Assembly: GCA_031414535.1 (NCBI GenBank)
Contig: JANNVQ010000049.1
Coordinates: 1-64,000, forward strand
Origin: Gemmatimonas sp.
GTDB lineage: Bacteria; Gemmatimonadota; Gemmatimonadetes; Gemmatimonadales; Gemmatimonadaceae
Reading direction: 5' to 3'
DNA length: 64,000 nucleotides
Shown here: positions 30,626-40,078 of the stretch, piece by piece
Layout of the letters: each line of letters starts with the position of its first letter
Numbering within the stretch: the stretch's first letter is position 1
Translations under genes and position numbers: made by a program
The notes under the pieces: model-generated
Told to the model about the DNA's origin: nothing
Databases searched by the model: none
Seen by the model: the letters and a program-made list of their open reading frames with translations, nothing else

Positions 30626-31795
30626 TCAGGCCTCGGCGCTGATCAATCCGGCGTACACGGGGTAGCGCGTGTTATGCACCTTGCTGCGCGTGAACCCGGC
30701 ACGCGCGAGCAACGCTTTGAGCTCATCGGCTCGCCGCGCGCGTCCACGCCCCATGGCTCTTAAGTAGAGGCCGAAGTACACGTCCCCCACCGTCTCCGCG
30801 CCGCGCACACCGGAGAACGGCTCCACAATGAGGAGCACGCCTCCGGGTTCGAGCGCCTGCTTCACCTTCTGCAGCAACCTGAGGACCGACTCGTCGTCGT
30901 GATCAAGCAGGATGCGCACTAAGGTGATCACGTCGGCACCGACTGGGAGGGGATCCTGATGAAAGTTCCCCCCGGACAATTCCACCCGCCCCACAATCCC
31001 CAGCCGGGCCAAACGTGCCCGCGCTCCCTCAACAACTGCAGGGAGGTCAAACAACTTCAGTTGCAGGTCGTGATACCTCCACGCGACCTCGGCGAGGAAC
31101 GCGCCCTCGCCACCACCCACGTCGAGTAGGACTTTCCGGCCCGAGAGCGGGTAGCGGTCCAGAATGTCTTCAGCCAGCGGCCGCACGGTGTCGGCCATCA
31201 GCGCGCTGTACTTCTCAGTTACGTCCCGCCCGATATTCTCGGGGTTTGAGACGTTTGTGTACGGAAAGTGTTCTGTTACTGCGCCGTTTCTGTTTTGAGT
31301 TTCGCGGAAAAAGGCGATCGGATCTGCGAGGTCTCGGTACAGCAGCGCATTGTGTTCAATCATCCGGGCGAGGCCAATGTTACCAATGAGCGGAGCGCCC
31401 AAGGGACCACAGCCGTACCGTCCCTCAGACCGCCCCTGCACCAAGCGAAGCGCCGTGGCGGCTCGCAACAAGCGCTCCGTCTCGTCCAGCGGAATCCCCA
31501 TGTGAGCCGCAATTTCCTCGCGCGTCCGGGGACGTACCGCAAGAAAATCAAACAACCCCAGACGAGAGCACGCCGTCAGCGTCTGCGTATAAACAAACCC
31601 AGCGGCTAGATCAAACACCTCGCGCGACCGTCGCAAGGCGATGGGCCGCATCAAGGGAAACGAGCCGGCGAATCGCTGGAACTTCTCGTTCGACTGAATC
31701 GCATCGCGCCAGGCGAGAACGCGATCCCACAGACTCAGGGACACACGCTCCTCACGCATCGAGGCCGCAGCAATCGCCGACTCCTTCATTACCAT
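30626..31795 (-). CDS. crtF: Hydroxyneurosporene / demethylspheroidene O-methyltransferase
   Basis: FDLAAGFVYTQ, HNALLYRDLADP, SAM motif LDVGGGEG, LVRILLDHDD; start uncertain (31822/31795/31789/31759). Confidence 0.88.
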   Translation of the reverse strand: MVMKESAIAAASMREERVSLSLWDRVLAWRDAIQSNEKFQRFAGSFPLMRPIALRRSREVFDLAAGFVYTQTLTACSRLGLFDFLAVRPRTREEIAAHMGIPLDETERLLRAATALRLVQGRSEGRYGCGPLGAPLIGNIGLARMIEHNALLYRDLADPIAFFRETQNRNGAVTEHFPYTNVSNPENIGRDVTEKYSALMADTVRPLAEDILDRYPLSGRKVLLDVGGGEGAFLAEVAWRYHDLQLKLFDLPAVVEGARARLARLGIVGRVELSGGNFHQDPLPVGADVITLVRILLDHDDESVLRLLQKVKQALEPGGVLLIVEPFSGVRGAETVGDVYFGLYLRAMGRGRARRADELKALLARAGFTRSKVHNTRYPVYAGLISAEA

Positions 31796-31889
31796 TAATG
31801 ACCGCCGGAATGAGCTCTCCAAACCCGATCTCCCCGAGATCGCTCAAGGGGACTCCAATACGAGCGAGAATAAGACGAACCACCGAAAG

Positions 31890-31963
31890 TGTCAAGCCTT
31901 CGGTACATTTGGAGTGTCAGGGGATTGCGACACGAAGAGCCCTTCTGTACACTCCCCCTGACA
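31890..31963. promoter_or_regulatory. Three PpsR/CrtJ operators in the crtF-bchI divergent promoter
   Basis: Exact TGT-N12-ACA at 31890-31907, 31915-31932 (7-bp gap) and 31946-31963. Confidence 0.88.
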
Positions 31964-31983
31964 CCCTCCCCCCGGAGACCGTC

Positions 31984-33015
31984 GTGCCTGTCGCATTCCC
32001 CTTCTCGGCGATTGTCGGGCAGGAAGAGATGAAGCGTGCGATCCTGCTCACCGCCGTTGACCCTACCATTGGTGGGGTGCTCATCCTCGGCCATCGCGGG
32101 ACCGCCAAGTCCACCGCCGTCCGCGCCCTCCCGGCGCTGTTGCCGGCCATGCACGTCGTGCGCGGATGCCGCTACGGCTGCGATCCCGACGCCGGCAATC
32201 GGCGCTGCGACGACTGCAAGGCACGCGAAGCCGCGGGCGAAAAGCTCAAGCACGACAAACATGCCGTGCCTGTCGTGGACCTCCCGCTCGGCGCCACCGA
32301 GGACCGCGTCGTCGGTGCACTCGACCTTGAGCGAGCCCTCACGCGTGGCGAAAAGGCATACGAGCCTGGCCTGCTCGCGCGCGCCAACCGCGGCTACCTC
32401 TATGTAGATGAGATCAATCTCCTCGAGGATCATCTCGTGGACCTGCTCCTCGACGTGGCGGCCACCGGCGAGAACGTCGTAGAGCGCGAAGGCATTTCCG
32501 TGCGACACCCGGCGCGCTTCGTGCTCGTGGGCTCGGGCAATCCCGAAGAAGGCGATCTACGTCCGCAACTGCTCGACCGCTTTGGACTCTCCGTCGAAGT
32601 CACCACCACCACCGATCTCGACGCCCGCGTAGAAGTCATCAAGCGCCGCGACGCGTTTGATCGCGACCCCGAGGGCTTCACGGCCAAGTGGGCGGACGCG
32701 GACATGGAAGCGCGGAAAAAAATCGAACGCGCTCGCAAGAAGATGGAGCAGCTGAAGGTGCCAGACTCCATTCTGCGCGCTGCCGCACAACTGTGTTCGG
32801 CCGTGGGCACCGATGGTGTGCGCGGAGAGCTCGCGCTCTTGCGTGGCGCTCGTGCACTCGCGGCCTTCGACGCTGCGAAGGCCGTCACCATCGATCACCT
32901 CCGCACGATTGCCATCTCCGCACTCCGGCACCGTCTGCGTCGCAGCGTGCTCGACGACGTTGGCTCCAGCGTGCGCGTGGAGCGTGCAGTGACCGAGGTG
33001 TTGGGCGCCGCGTAG
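31984..33015 (+). CDS. bchI: Magnesium chelatase ATPase subunit I
   Basis: FPFSAIVGQEEMK, GHRGTAKST, YVDEINLL, GSGNPEEG; GTG start with GGAGA RBS. Confidence 0.95.
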   Translation: MPVAFPFSAIVGQEEMKRAILLTAVDPTIGGVLILGHRGTAKSTAVRALPALLPAMHVVRGCRYGCDPDAGNRRCDDCKAREAAGEKLKHDKHAVPVVDLPLGATEDRVVGALDLERALTRGEKAYEPGLLARANRGYLYVDEINLLEDHLVDLLLDVAATGENVVEREGISVRHPARFVLVGSGNPEEGDLRPQLLDRFGLSVEVTTTTDLDARVEVIKRRDAFDRDPEGFTAKWADADMEARKKIERARKKMEQLKVPDSILRAAAQLCSAVGTDGVRGELALLRGARALAAFDAAKAVTIDHLRTIAISALRHRLRRSVLDDVGSSVRVERAVTEVLGAA

Positions 33016-34806
33016 ATGGAAGGCAACGCCAGCACTCCCGAACTCGCCACGCTCGATCTGCCCACGCGGATTGAGTTAAGTGCGGCCTTGCTCGCGCTCG
33101 ATCCTTGGGGATTGGGTGGCGCGGTGATTCGCGCGCCGCGCCACGATCTCGCCGAGGCATTTGTGGCGCGCGTGGCGGCACTGCTGCCGGTAGGGACACC
33201 GATGCGGCGACTCCCGCTGAGCATTCCCGACGACCGTCTGCTTGGCGGGCTCGATCTCGCGATGACGCTGGCGCTGGGGCGGCCGGTCGCCGAGCGCGGT
33301 CTGCTCGCCACGCTCGATGGCGGCGTGCTGGTGGTGCCAGCAGCGGAGCGCGTGGGTGCTGGACTCGCCGCGCGGCTCACGCAGATGATGGACACCGGCA
33401 CCGTGCCGTCGCGTGCGCCCGGCGCGCGCGACCTCGCCACGGCGCGAGTCTGCTTGCTCGCGGTGGACGAAGCGGACGTGGATGAGGAGCCCGTGCATCC
33501 CGCGCTCGCGGATCGCCTGACGTTTCGCGTGGACCTCGATGCTTCGCCTCTGATTGAACTCTTCAGGGCTGACGACATCGCGGCGGCGTTGCGCATGCTG
33601 CCTGAGGTGAGCGTGAGCGACGTCAATCTCGCGACCCTCGTAAGCACCGCTGACATGTTTGGTGTAGAGTCGTTGCGCGCGGTGCGCGCGGCGGTGCGCG
33701 TAGCGCGTGGATGCGCGGCGCTCGACGGACGCCGAGTCGTCGAAGCCCAAGATCTGGCCACCGCAGCCGCGCTGGTGCTTGGCCCTCGGGCAACGCGCTT
33801 GCCGGCTCCGCCTGCGGAACCCGAGAACTCTGCGGAGGAACCGCCGCCGCCCCCGCCATCCGATGAGCAGCAGGACAACAGCGACGACGCCGAAGACACG
33901 GACGTGCGTGAGCTTGAAGAACGCATCATCGAAGCGATGCAGGCCACGCTCCCAATGGGTTTGAGCATTGAGCCGCCCAAGCGTGCACCCAAGTCTGGCT
34001 CGGCCACTGGGCGCTCCGGTGCGGACCGCAGCGGCGGTGTGCGTGGACGGCAAGTGGGCACGCGGCGCGGTGATCCGCGCGGTGGCGGACGGCTCGACCT
34101 CGTAGAGACACTGCGCGCGGCGGCACCGTGGCAACCGATACGCCGCGCGGCCGCGGCTCATCGCGCTGAGGCCGGTACCTCGCCCGCCGCACCCCGCGTG
34201 TTGATCCAGGTGCGGCCTGACGATTTTCGTGTGCGCAAGCTTTTTGAACCGGCTGGCACTACGGCCATCTTCGTCGTTGATGCATCGGGATCTTCGGCAG
34301 TCAACAGGATGGCCGAGGCCAAGGGTGCGGTGGAGCTGCTGTTAGCCGAGAGCTACGCGCGGCGTGATGAAGTGGGACTGATTGCGTTTCGTGGTGCACA
34401 GGCGGAGATCTTGCTGCAGCCCACGCGTGCGATTGCCGCCGCCAAGCGTGCCCTCGCGGCGCTGCCTGGTGGTGGTGGCACGCCACTCGCGTCGGCCATT
34501 GACCGCGCGGTGGAGCTCACCATGCGGGCGCGGCGCGAGGGCAACGACACCGTGGTCGTGTTCCTCACCGACGCGCGCGCGAACGTTGCGCGTGATGGCA
34601 GCGGCGGGCGCGAAGCAGCCATGCGCGACGCCCTGCAATCGGCCAAGGTGCTCCGCGCGATGGAAGGCACCACACTGTTGATCGATACCTCGCCGCGCGC
34701 ATCGCAGCTTGCCCAGGATGTGGCGGCGGCCATGGGAGCGCGCTACGTCGCGCTCCCGCGAACCGACGCCCGAAGCATTCATGCCGCGGTGATTGGCGCT
34801 CGATGA
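33016..34806 (+). CDS. bchD: Magnesium chelatase subunit D
   Basis: DRLLGGLDL, poly-Pro/acidic linker, TLRAAAPWQ, VWA MIDAS motif DASGS. Confidence 0.95.
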   Translation: MEGNASTPELATLDLPTRIELSAALLALDPWGLGGAVIRAPRHDLAEAFVARVAALLPVGTPMRRLPLSIPDDRLLGGLDLAMTLALGRPVAERGLLATLDGGVLVVPAAERVGAGLAARLTQMMDTGTVPSRAPGARDLATARVCLLAVDEADVDEEPVHPALADRLTFRVDLDASPLIELFRADDIAAALRMLPEVSVSDVNLATLVSTADMFGVESLRAVRAAVRVARGCAALDGRRVVEAQDLATAAALVLGPRATRLPAPPAEPENSAEEPPPPPPSDEQQDNSDDAEDTDVRELEERIIEAMQATLPMGLSIEPPKRAPKSGSATGRSGADRSGGVRGRQVGTRRGDPRGGGRLDLVETLRAAAPWQPIRRAAAAHRAEAGTSPAAPRVLIQVRPDDFRVRKLFEPAGTTAIFVVDASGSSAVNRMAEAKGAVELLLAESYARRDEVGLIAFRGAQAEILLQPTRAIAAAKRALAALPGGGGTPLASAIDRAVELTMRARREGNDTVVVFLTDARANVARDGSGGREAAMRDALQSAKVLRAMEGTTLLIDTSPRASQLAQDVAAAMGARYVALPRTDARSIHAAVIGAR

Positions 34807-35561
34807 GGGAACTCATTTGGCGCGGCATCGTGCAGGTGGTGCTGTTCTGGTGGGTTGCCACCGGGCTCATCATTGCCATGCAGCGTAGCGGACCCACACG
34901 CGTTGCCGCGTTGATTGTGGCCACGGCACTCGCGGTGTTCGGTTTCTGGGAGCTCCGCGCATCTGCCAACGACGACTCGGCACTTGGCGCGCGCCGCAGC
35001 TTCTTTGGCGGCGCACTGCTCTGGGGCTGGGTGTCGGTCACCTTTTATGGTGGCTATCTCACTGGCTTCCAGATTGATGCGCTTGGCGTTCAGGCACCCT
35101 CGCTCGCCCTCGTGTTGCCAGCCATTCGGGCCACACTGCTCAGCGACTTCGCGGCGCTGCTCCTGATGGGTGCGGTGGCCCTGTGGCTACACGGCGATCG
35201 CAACAAGACGGGCCTCTGGGGCCTGCTGATTTTCTGGGGAGTGCAGCAAGTGGCTAAGCTCAATGTGTTTCTTGGCGTGGAGAATCCGGCGGGCAACTTC
35301 TTGCCGCCGCACCTCGCGTACCTGCGACAGTTCTTTGGACCGCTCGTGAACTCACCCTTCCTGGCCGTGAGCATCGCACTCTTGAGCGTGCTCACGCTTG
35401 TGGAAGGCTGGCGTGTGCGCAGCGCGGGAACAGAGTGCAAGCGCCAAGCCGGCGTGCTCTATGCGACGATTCTTGGACTCGCGGTGCTGGAGATTATCGT
35501 CCTCGGCATCCCGCTGGAGACTACGCCTTGGGACAGCTTCTTGAGGGCGAGGGGACACTGA
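34803..35561 (+). CDS. puhE: Putative photosynthetic complex assembly protein PuhE (DUF3623)
   Basis: FWWVATGLII and AKLNVFLGV..FLPPHLAYL motifs; multi-TM. Confidence 0.82.
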   Translation: MRELIWRGIVQVVLFWWVATGLIIAMQRSGPTRVAALIVATALAVFGFWELRASANDDSALGARRSFFGGALLWGWVSVTFYGGYLTGFQIDALGVQAPSLALVLPAIRATLLSDFAALLLMGAVALWLHGDRNKTGLWGLLIFWGVQQVAKLNVFLGVENPAGNFLPPHLAYLRQFFGPLVNSPFLAVSIALLSVLTLVEGWRVRSAGTECKRQAGVLYATILGLAVLEIIVLGIPLETTPWDSFLRARGH

Positions 35562-35564
35562 ACT

Positions 35565-35635
35565 AGGACGGATGACGGATGACGGATGACGGACGACGGA
35601 CGATGTCAGAGCATCCATCTTCCGTCATCCGTCCT
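35565..35635. repeat. GACGGAT heptamer array with inverted arm between convergent genes
   Basis: (GACGGAT)3(GACGGAC)2 followed by CATCCATCTTCCGTCATCCGTCCT. Confidence 0.8.
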
Positions 35636-35636
35636 G

Positions 35637-35963
35637 TTAGCGCACCCCGCCCAGCTTTAGCGATGCCCGCCGCACCTTCTGCTCCTCCTCAATCCGCCCG
35701 CACATCACGTCGCAGAGCATGAACACATCATCGCTCGCGATGGCGTAGTACACGAAGGTGCCTTCCTTGCGGCGTGAGAGATACCCGCAAGACACCAACT
35801 GCTGTAGATGCTTAGAGACGTTCGCCTGGCCGAGCCCGGTGATCTCCACCAATTCGGTCACCGAGCGCTCGCCGCTACGCAGCGCTTGTAGCAATTGCAG
35901 GCGCGCCGGTTCGCCCAGTGCCTTGAATCGCTCGGCGACTTCTCCTATCAGAGCTGGAGACAT
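35637..35963 (-). CDS. ArsR/SmtB-family transcriptional repressor
   Basis: FKALGEPARLQLL, SVTEL, QANVSKHL, C-terminal LCDVMC. Confidence 0.9.
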   Translation of the reverse strand: MSPALIGEVAERFKALGEPARLQLLQALRSGERSVTELVEITGLGQANVSKHLQQLVSCGYLSRRKEGTFVYYAIASDDVFMLCDVMCGRIEEEQKVRRASLKLGGVR

Positions 35964-35979
35964 CACGCGCGCGGGCACA

Positions 35980-37416
35980 TTACACCTCAGCCGTTGCGGC
36001 GTCGCGCACGACTTCGTGGCCCGCGGATTGCCATGCCGCATAGCCACCCACGAGATCAGTCACATCGCTGACGCCAAGCTTGAGCAGTACTGAGGTCGCA
36101 ATCGCCGAACGCGCACCGCTCTGGCACTGCACGATGATCGGCTTGTCGCGCGGGATCTCGGCGAGTCGCTCTGGCAGATAGCCCACCGGGATGTGCAGCG
36201 AACCTGGCAAATGCCCCGCCTCATATTCCGTCGCGTTCCGTACATCAATCACAGTGACGTCGCCGCGCGCGAGGCGCGGCGCGAGCGTGGCGACTTCCAT
36301 CTTGGCCACGGTCTCGAGCGCCTTGCCCGCCGTTTCCCACTCGCCAATCACGTGCACGTCGTACCAGGCGGCCACGTGATCCAAGCCAATCATCGCGAGC
36401 TCGCGCACAGCCTTCACTACCTCGGCTTCACTGCCAATCAGGTGAATACGCTGCGTGTACTTCACCAACCAGCCTGCCCACGTGGAGAAGCTCTTGTTGA
36501 GCGGAATGTTGATGCTGCCTGGAATGTGGCCCTTGGCAAACTCTAGGGCCGGACGCAAATCCAGCACCGCATCGCCACTGGAAAGCGCCACGCCGAGCGA
36601 CTCGCGCGCGCCCTTGGCCGGCTTGGTGAATCCGCCAAGAATGGGCGGCCCATCACGATTGATGCGCTTCATCTCGGCGAAGTACAGCGGAGGTTCCGGC
36701 TGGCCCGCGAGCACCATGTCCACAAAGTCCTGCTCCTTGGTGGTGCCAACGCCCCAGTTGAAACGCTTCTCGTAGCCCACCGTGCTCGTGGGCACGGCGC
36801 CCAGCGACTTGCCGCAGGCAGAGCCCGCACCGTGGCCAGGCCACACCTGAATGAAGTCCGGCAGCGCACGAAAGCGTTCTAACGAATGGAACAGTGTGCG
36901 TGCGCCGTCTTCCATGGTGTTCGCAACCTTCGCGGCCTTCTCCAAGAGATCAGGACGGCCCACATCGCCGACGAATACGAAGTCACCGGTGGCGATGCCC
37001 ATCGGCTCGCTGGCACCAGCGGTATCCGTGACGAGGAATGAGATGTGCTCCGGCGTGTGCCCCGGCGTGTGCATCACCTCGAGGCGAATGTTGCCCACCT
37101 TGATCACATCGCCATTGCGGACGAGCGTGGCACCGTCGCTTTCTGCAAATGCGTACTGCCAATCTTTTCCGCCCTCGGCGGAGAGATACAGTTTGGCGCC
37201 CGTGCGCTTCGCTAGTTCACGCGAACCCGACACATAGTCGGCGTGAATGTGCGTCTCGGTCACGTGCGTGACGGTCAGCTTTTCGGCGACGGCTGCATCT
37301 ATGTATTGCTGCACATCGCGATTGGGATCAATTACAATCGCTTCGCCGGTGACGGCACATCCAATGAGGTAAGACGCCTGTGCGAGGCCGTCGTCGTAGA
37401 AACGCTTGAGGAACAT
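35980..37416 (-). CDS. MBL-fold persulfide dioxygenase-rhodanese fusion (CstB/Blh-like)
   Basis: ETHIHADY, TPGHTPEH, PGHGAGSACG, C-terminal rhodanese CQSGARS. Confidence 0.88.
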   Translation of the reverse strand: MFLKRFYDDGLAQASYLIGCAVTGEAIVIDPNRDVQQYIDAAVAEKLTVTHVTETHIHADYVSGSRELAKRTGAKLYLSAEGGKDWQYAFAESDGATLVRNGDVIKVGNIRLEVMHTPGHTPEHISFLVTDTAGASEPMGIATGDFVFVGDVGRPDLLEKAAKVANTMEDGARTLFHSLERFRALPDFIQVWPGHGAGSACGKSLGAVPTSTVGYEKRFNWGVGTTKEQDFVDMVLAGQPEPPLYFAEMKRINRDGPPILGGFTKPAKGARESLGVALSSGDAVLDLRPALEFAKGHIPGSINIPLNKSFSTWAGWLVKYTQRIHLIGSEAEVVKAVRELAMIGLDHVAAWYDVHVIGEWETAGKALETVAKMEVATLAPRLARGDVTVIDVRNATEYEAGHLPGSLHIPVGYLPERLAEIPRDKPIIVQCQSGARSAIATSVLLKLGVSDVTDLVGGYAAWQSAGHEVVRDAATAEV

Positions 37417-37419
37417 GAT

Positions 37420-38160
37420 TTAGCTCCGAAGCAGAGTGAACAGTGAGACCACCACCAGCAGCACCGCGAAGGCGCGCTTGAGAGTGGCTTGAGGAACGCG
37501 GGGCAGCAGCGCCGTACCAGCGAGAATGCCGAGTGCCGCGAGCGTGCCAAACATCCAGACGAGATTCCACGGCACGACGACGGTGCCGAGGTAGCCGATG
37601 TAGCCGGCAAGCGTGTTCATCGCGATGACCACGAGCGAGGTGCCCACTGCGGCGCGCATCGGCACCTTGGCAAGCAGCACCAGCGCCGGCACCAACAAGA
37701 ACCCGCCTCCGATGCCCACGACTCCGGTGAGCACGCCGGTGAGCATGCCTACGCCGAGTACCATTGGGCTCAGCTTGCGGGTTGAATCAATTGGGGCATC
37801 TGTTGCATTGGCACTGCGAAACATCGAGAACGACGCACCGAGCATGAGCACCGCGAGAATCACAAGCTGCGTGCGCCCCGTGAGGAAGGCCGCGAGCTTG
37901 GCCCCGCCAAAGGCGCCCGCCATTGCGGCAATGCCAAACGGAATGGCCGTGCGCAGGTCCACGTTGCCTGCTCGCCAGTGCCGCGCGACGCCGACGAGAG
38001 CCACGCCTCCAACAATCGGCAGGCTCATCACAATGGCGACCTTGGGATCTTGCTTGAGGGCAAAGACCATAATCGGCACCGTCAGAATGGACCCACCCGC
38101 CCCGAGGAGCCCAAATACGAGCCCCACGGCGAGAGCAAGGACGACGGCGAAAGGAGTCAT
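37420..38160 (-). CDS. Sulfite exporter TauE/SafE family
   Basis: GLLGAGGSILTVP and GIGGGFLLVP duplicated motifs; AVGTSL. Confidence 0.9.
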   Translation of the reverse strand: MTPFAVVLALAVGLVFGLLGAGGSILTVPIMVFALKQDPKVAIVMSLPIVGGVALVGVARHWRAGNVDLRTAIPFGIAAMAGAFGGAKLAAFLTGRTQLVILAVLMLGASFSMFRSANATDAPIDSTRKLSPMVLGVGMLTGVLTGVVGIGGGFLLVPALVLLAKVPMRAAVGTSLVVIAMNTLAGYIGYLGTVVVPWNLVWMFGTLAALGILAGTALLPRVPQATLKRAFAVLLVVVSLFTLLRS

Positions 38161-38173
38161 ATATAACTACATA

Positions 38174-38188
38174 GTAATATCATATTAC
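38174..38188. promoter_or_regulatory. Putative ArsR-family operator
   Basis: Perfect 7-1-7 palindrome GTAATAT-C-ATATTAC in an AT-rich spacer just upstream of tauE. Confidence 0.6.
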
Positions 38189-38218
38189 CAAGGAGGGCAA
38201 GGGTTCATATTTCAGTGA

Positions 38219-39067
38219 ATGCTCCCCTTGCTCCCCTTGCTCCCCTTGCTCCCATTAGTCCCCGCCTCCGCCGGTCTCGCCGTCATCACCGCGCACCTCC
38301 TCGTGCTCGGTCTCATCGTCGCGGGCGTGGTGATGCTCAGCCTCTGGCTCGTGCATCGCCTCACGCGCAATGCCTCCTGGGTGGATGTGGGCTGGGCCGG
38401 CACCTTGGGCCTGCTCGCCATCGCCTACGCCATCGCGGCGCCTGGCTACCTGCCAAGGCGCATCCTCGTGAGTTCCATAGTCGCGCTCTGGTCGGCGCGG
38501 CTCACACTGCACCTCGCCACGCGGGTACTCGCCGAACCGGAAGATCCGCGTTACGCCGAAATGCGCGCGCGCTGGGGCGGGAACTTGCCGCTCAAGTTCT
38601 TTGTGCTTTTTGTGGGCCAAGGATTCTTGGACGTGCTACTGGCGCTGCCCTTTCTCTTTGCAGCGATTGACCCCACCGCGCGCATTCACGCCGTCACTTG
38701 GCTCGGAGCCGCCATCGCGCTCGTCGGCATGATTGGCGAGGGCACGGCCGATGCGCAGTTGCGTGGCTTCAAGCGCAACCCCGCCAACAAGGGCCAAGTC
38801 TGCCGCGTGGGGCTCTGGGGCTGGTCGCGGCATCCCAACTACTTCTTTGATTGGCTGGTGTGGTGCGGTTTTGCGCTCCTTGGCATCGCCTCGCCGCTGG
38901 GTTGGACGGGGCTCCTTGGGCCTGCGCTCATGCTCTACTTCCTCACGCGAGTCACGGGCATCGCGGCCACCGAGGCGCACGCGCTCCAATCGCGCGGCGA
39001 CGCCTACCGTCAGTACCAGCGCGAGGTGAGTGCATTTGTGCCGCTACCGCCGCGCCGAGTGGGGTAA
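38219..39067 (+). CDS. DUF1295 / steroid 5-alpha-reductase-like membrane protein
   Basis: NASWVDVGW, EDPRY, GLWGWSRHPNYF, YRQYQREVSAFVP; 9-bp tandem repeat at the 5' end. Confidence 0.85.
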   Translation: MLPLLPLLPLLPLVPASAGLAVITAHLLVLGLIVAGVVMLSLWLVHRLTRNASWVDVGWAGTLGLLAIAYAIAAPGYLPRRILVSSIVALWSARLTLHLATRVLAEPEDPRYAEMRARWGGNLPLKFFVLFVGQGFLDVLLALPFLFAAIDPTARIHAVTWLGAAIALVGMIGEGTADAQLRGFKRNPANKGQVCRVGLWGWSRHPNYFFDWLVWCGFALLGIASPLGWTGLLGPALMLYFLTRVTGIAATEAHALQSRGDAYRQYQREVSAFVPLPPRRVG

Positions 39068-39075
39068 ATTGTAAG

Positions 39076-39639
39076 ATGAGACTCGCAATTATTGCCGTGG
39101 CCTCGCTCGTGCTCGTGGGCTGCAGCGGCCAACTCGAGCGTGGCGTTGTCATTCAGGATGCCGATCCCGCGCCGGCGCTCGCCTTCACAGCAGCAAACGG
39201 CGAGCGATTTAATCTCGCGTCAGAAAAGGGCAAGGTGGTGTTGGTGTACTTCGGGTACACGCATTGTCCAGACGTTTGCCCTACCACGCTCTCAGATTGG
39301 GCCCGCGCAAAGCGCGCGCTTGGTGCGGACACTACAAACCTGCGCTTCGTGTTCGTGAGCATGGACCCGGACCGCGACACGCCGGCCCTCACGCAGTCGT
39401 ATGCCAAGCAGTTTGACCCCAGCTTCGTGGGCGTCACCGGCACGGAGATGGAACTCGAGGCCCTCAAGAAGCGCTGGAGCATTGCAGCGTATCCCGAGGG
39501 CGATCCACGTAGCGGCATCTACACGGTCGCTCATCCAGCGCGCACCTTCGTCGTGGACCGGCAGGGCCGGCTCCGCGTGCTCTTTGAACCGGGAGTCAGT
39601 GGTGAAGAACTCGCGAAGGACCTTCGCAAGTTGCTGTAG
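39076..39639 (+). CDS. SCO/SenC-family copper chaperone lipoprotein
   Basis: Lipobox LVGC, FGYTHCPDVCP, DPDRDT, conserved His (VAH). Confidence 0.92.
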   Translation: MRLAIIAVASLVLVGCSGQLERGVVIQDADPAPALAFTAANGERFNLASEKGKVVLVYFGYTHCPDVCPTTLSDWARAKRALGADTTNLRFVFVSMDPDRDTPALTQSYAKQFDPSFVGVTGTEMELEALKKRWSIAAYPEGDPRSGIYTVAHPARTFVVDRQGRLRVLFEPGVSGEELAKDLRKLL

Positions 39640-40078
39640 TCTTGTTTGGGCCGCATTCCTGGCCGCCTTCTTGGGCGCCGGCTGCGCCAACAAGGAAGAA
39701 GCGGCGCCCGCCAGCAACTCGCTCGAGGTGCGGAGTGCTTGGGCGCGCCCGGCAGATAGCGGCGCAACCTCAGCGGTGTACTTCGTACTCGGCAACGACG
39801 GTCAATCCTCCGACACCCTCACCGGTGTGGAGAGTTCCGGACTCGCGGATGCAACCGGAATGCACGTCTCCACGCAGCACAACGGTATGATGCACATGTC
39901 GGAAGTGACCTCCTTGCCCGTGCCCGGTGACGACAGCGTGGCGTTTCGTCCGCTGGGCGCGCACGTGATGCTCACGGGCCTGCAGCGCCCGCTCAACGTG
40001 GGCGATTCGCTCAGCATCACCCTCCGCTTCATTTCAGGGCGGTCCGTGGAGGTACGCGCCGGTGTCCGACAGCCGTAA
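39602..40078 (+). CDS. Copper chaperone PCu(A)C
   Basis: AWARP, H..MMHM and PLGAHVML motifs; lipobox GAGC; start inferred at GTG 39602. Confidence 0.85.
   Translation: MKNSRRTFASCCSLVWAAFLAAFLGAGCANKEEAAPASNSLEVRSAWARPADSGATSAVYFVLGNDGQSSDTLTGVESSGLADATGMHVSTQHNGMMHMSEVTSLPVPGDDSVAFRPLGAHVMLTGLQRPLNVGDSLSITLRFISGRSVEVRAGVRQP

Noticed and set aside
30626..31795. BchU (C-20 methyltransferase) as an alternative call
   Set aside because: The N-terminal motifs and the BChl a / type II reaction-centre context fit CrtF; no chlorosome genes are present
31798..31983. N-terminal extension of BchI
   Set aside because: It spans the PpsR operators; homology and RBS support GTG 31984
35565..35635. CRISPR array (also considered for 666-826 and 17516-17716)
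   Set aside because: No 25-40-bp direct repeats with unique spacers and no cas operon; the Cas4-like motifs belong to a DUF2779 protein
38220..38253. 9-bp tandem repeat (and the 12-bp repeat near 40097-40128) as phase-variation switches
   Set aside because: Unit lengths are multiples of three, so copy changes would not shift the frame
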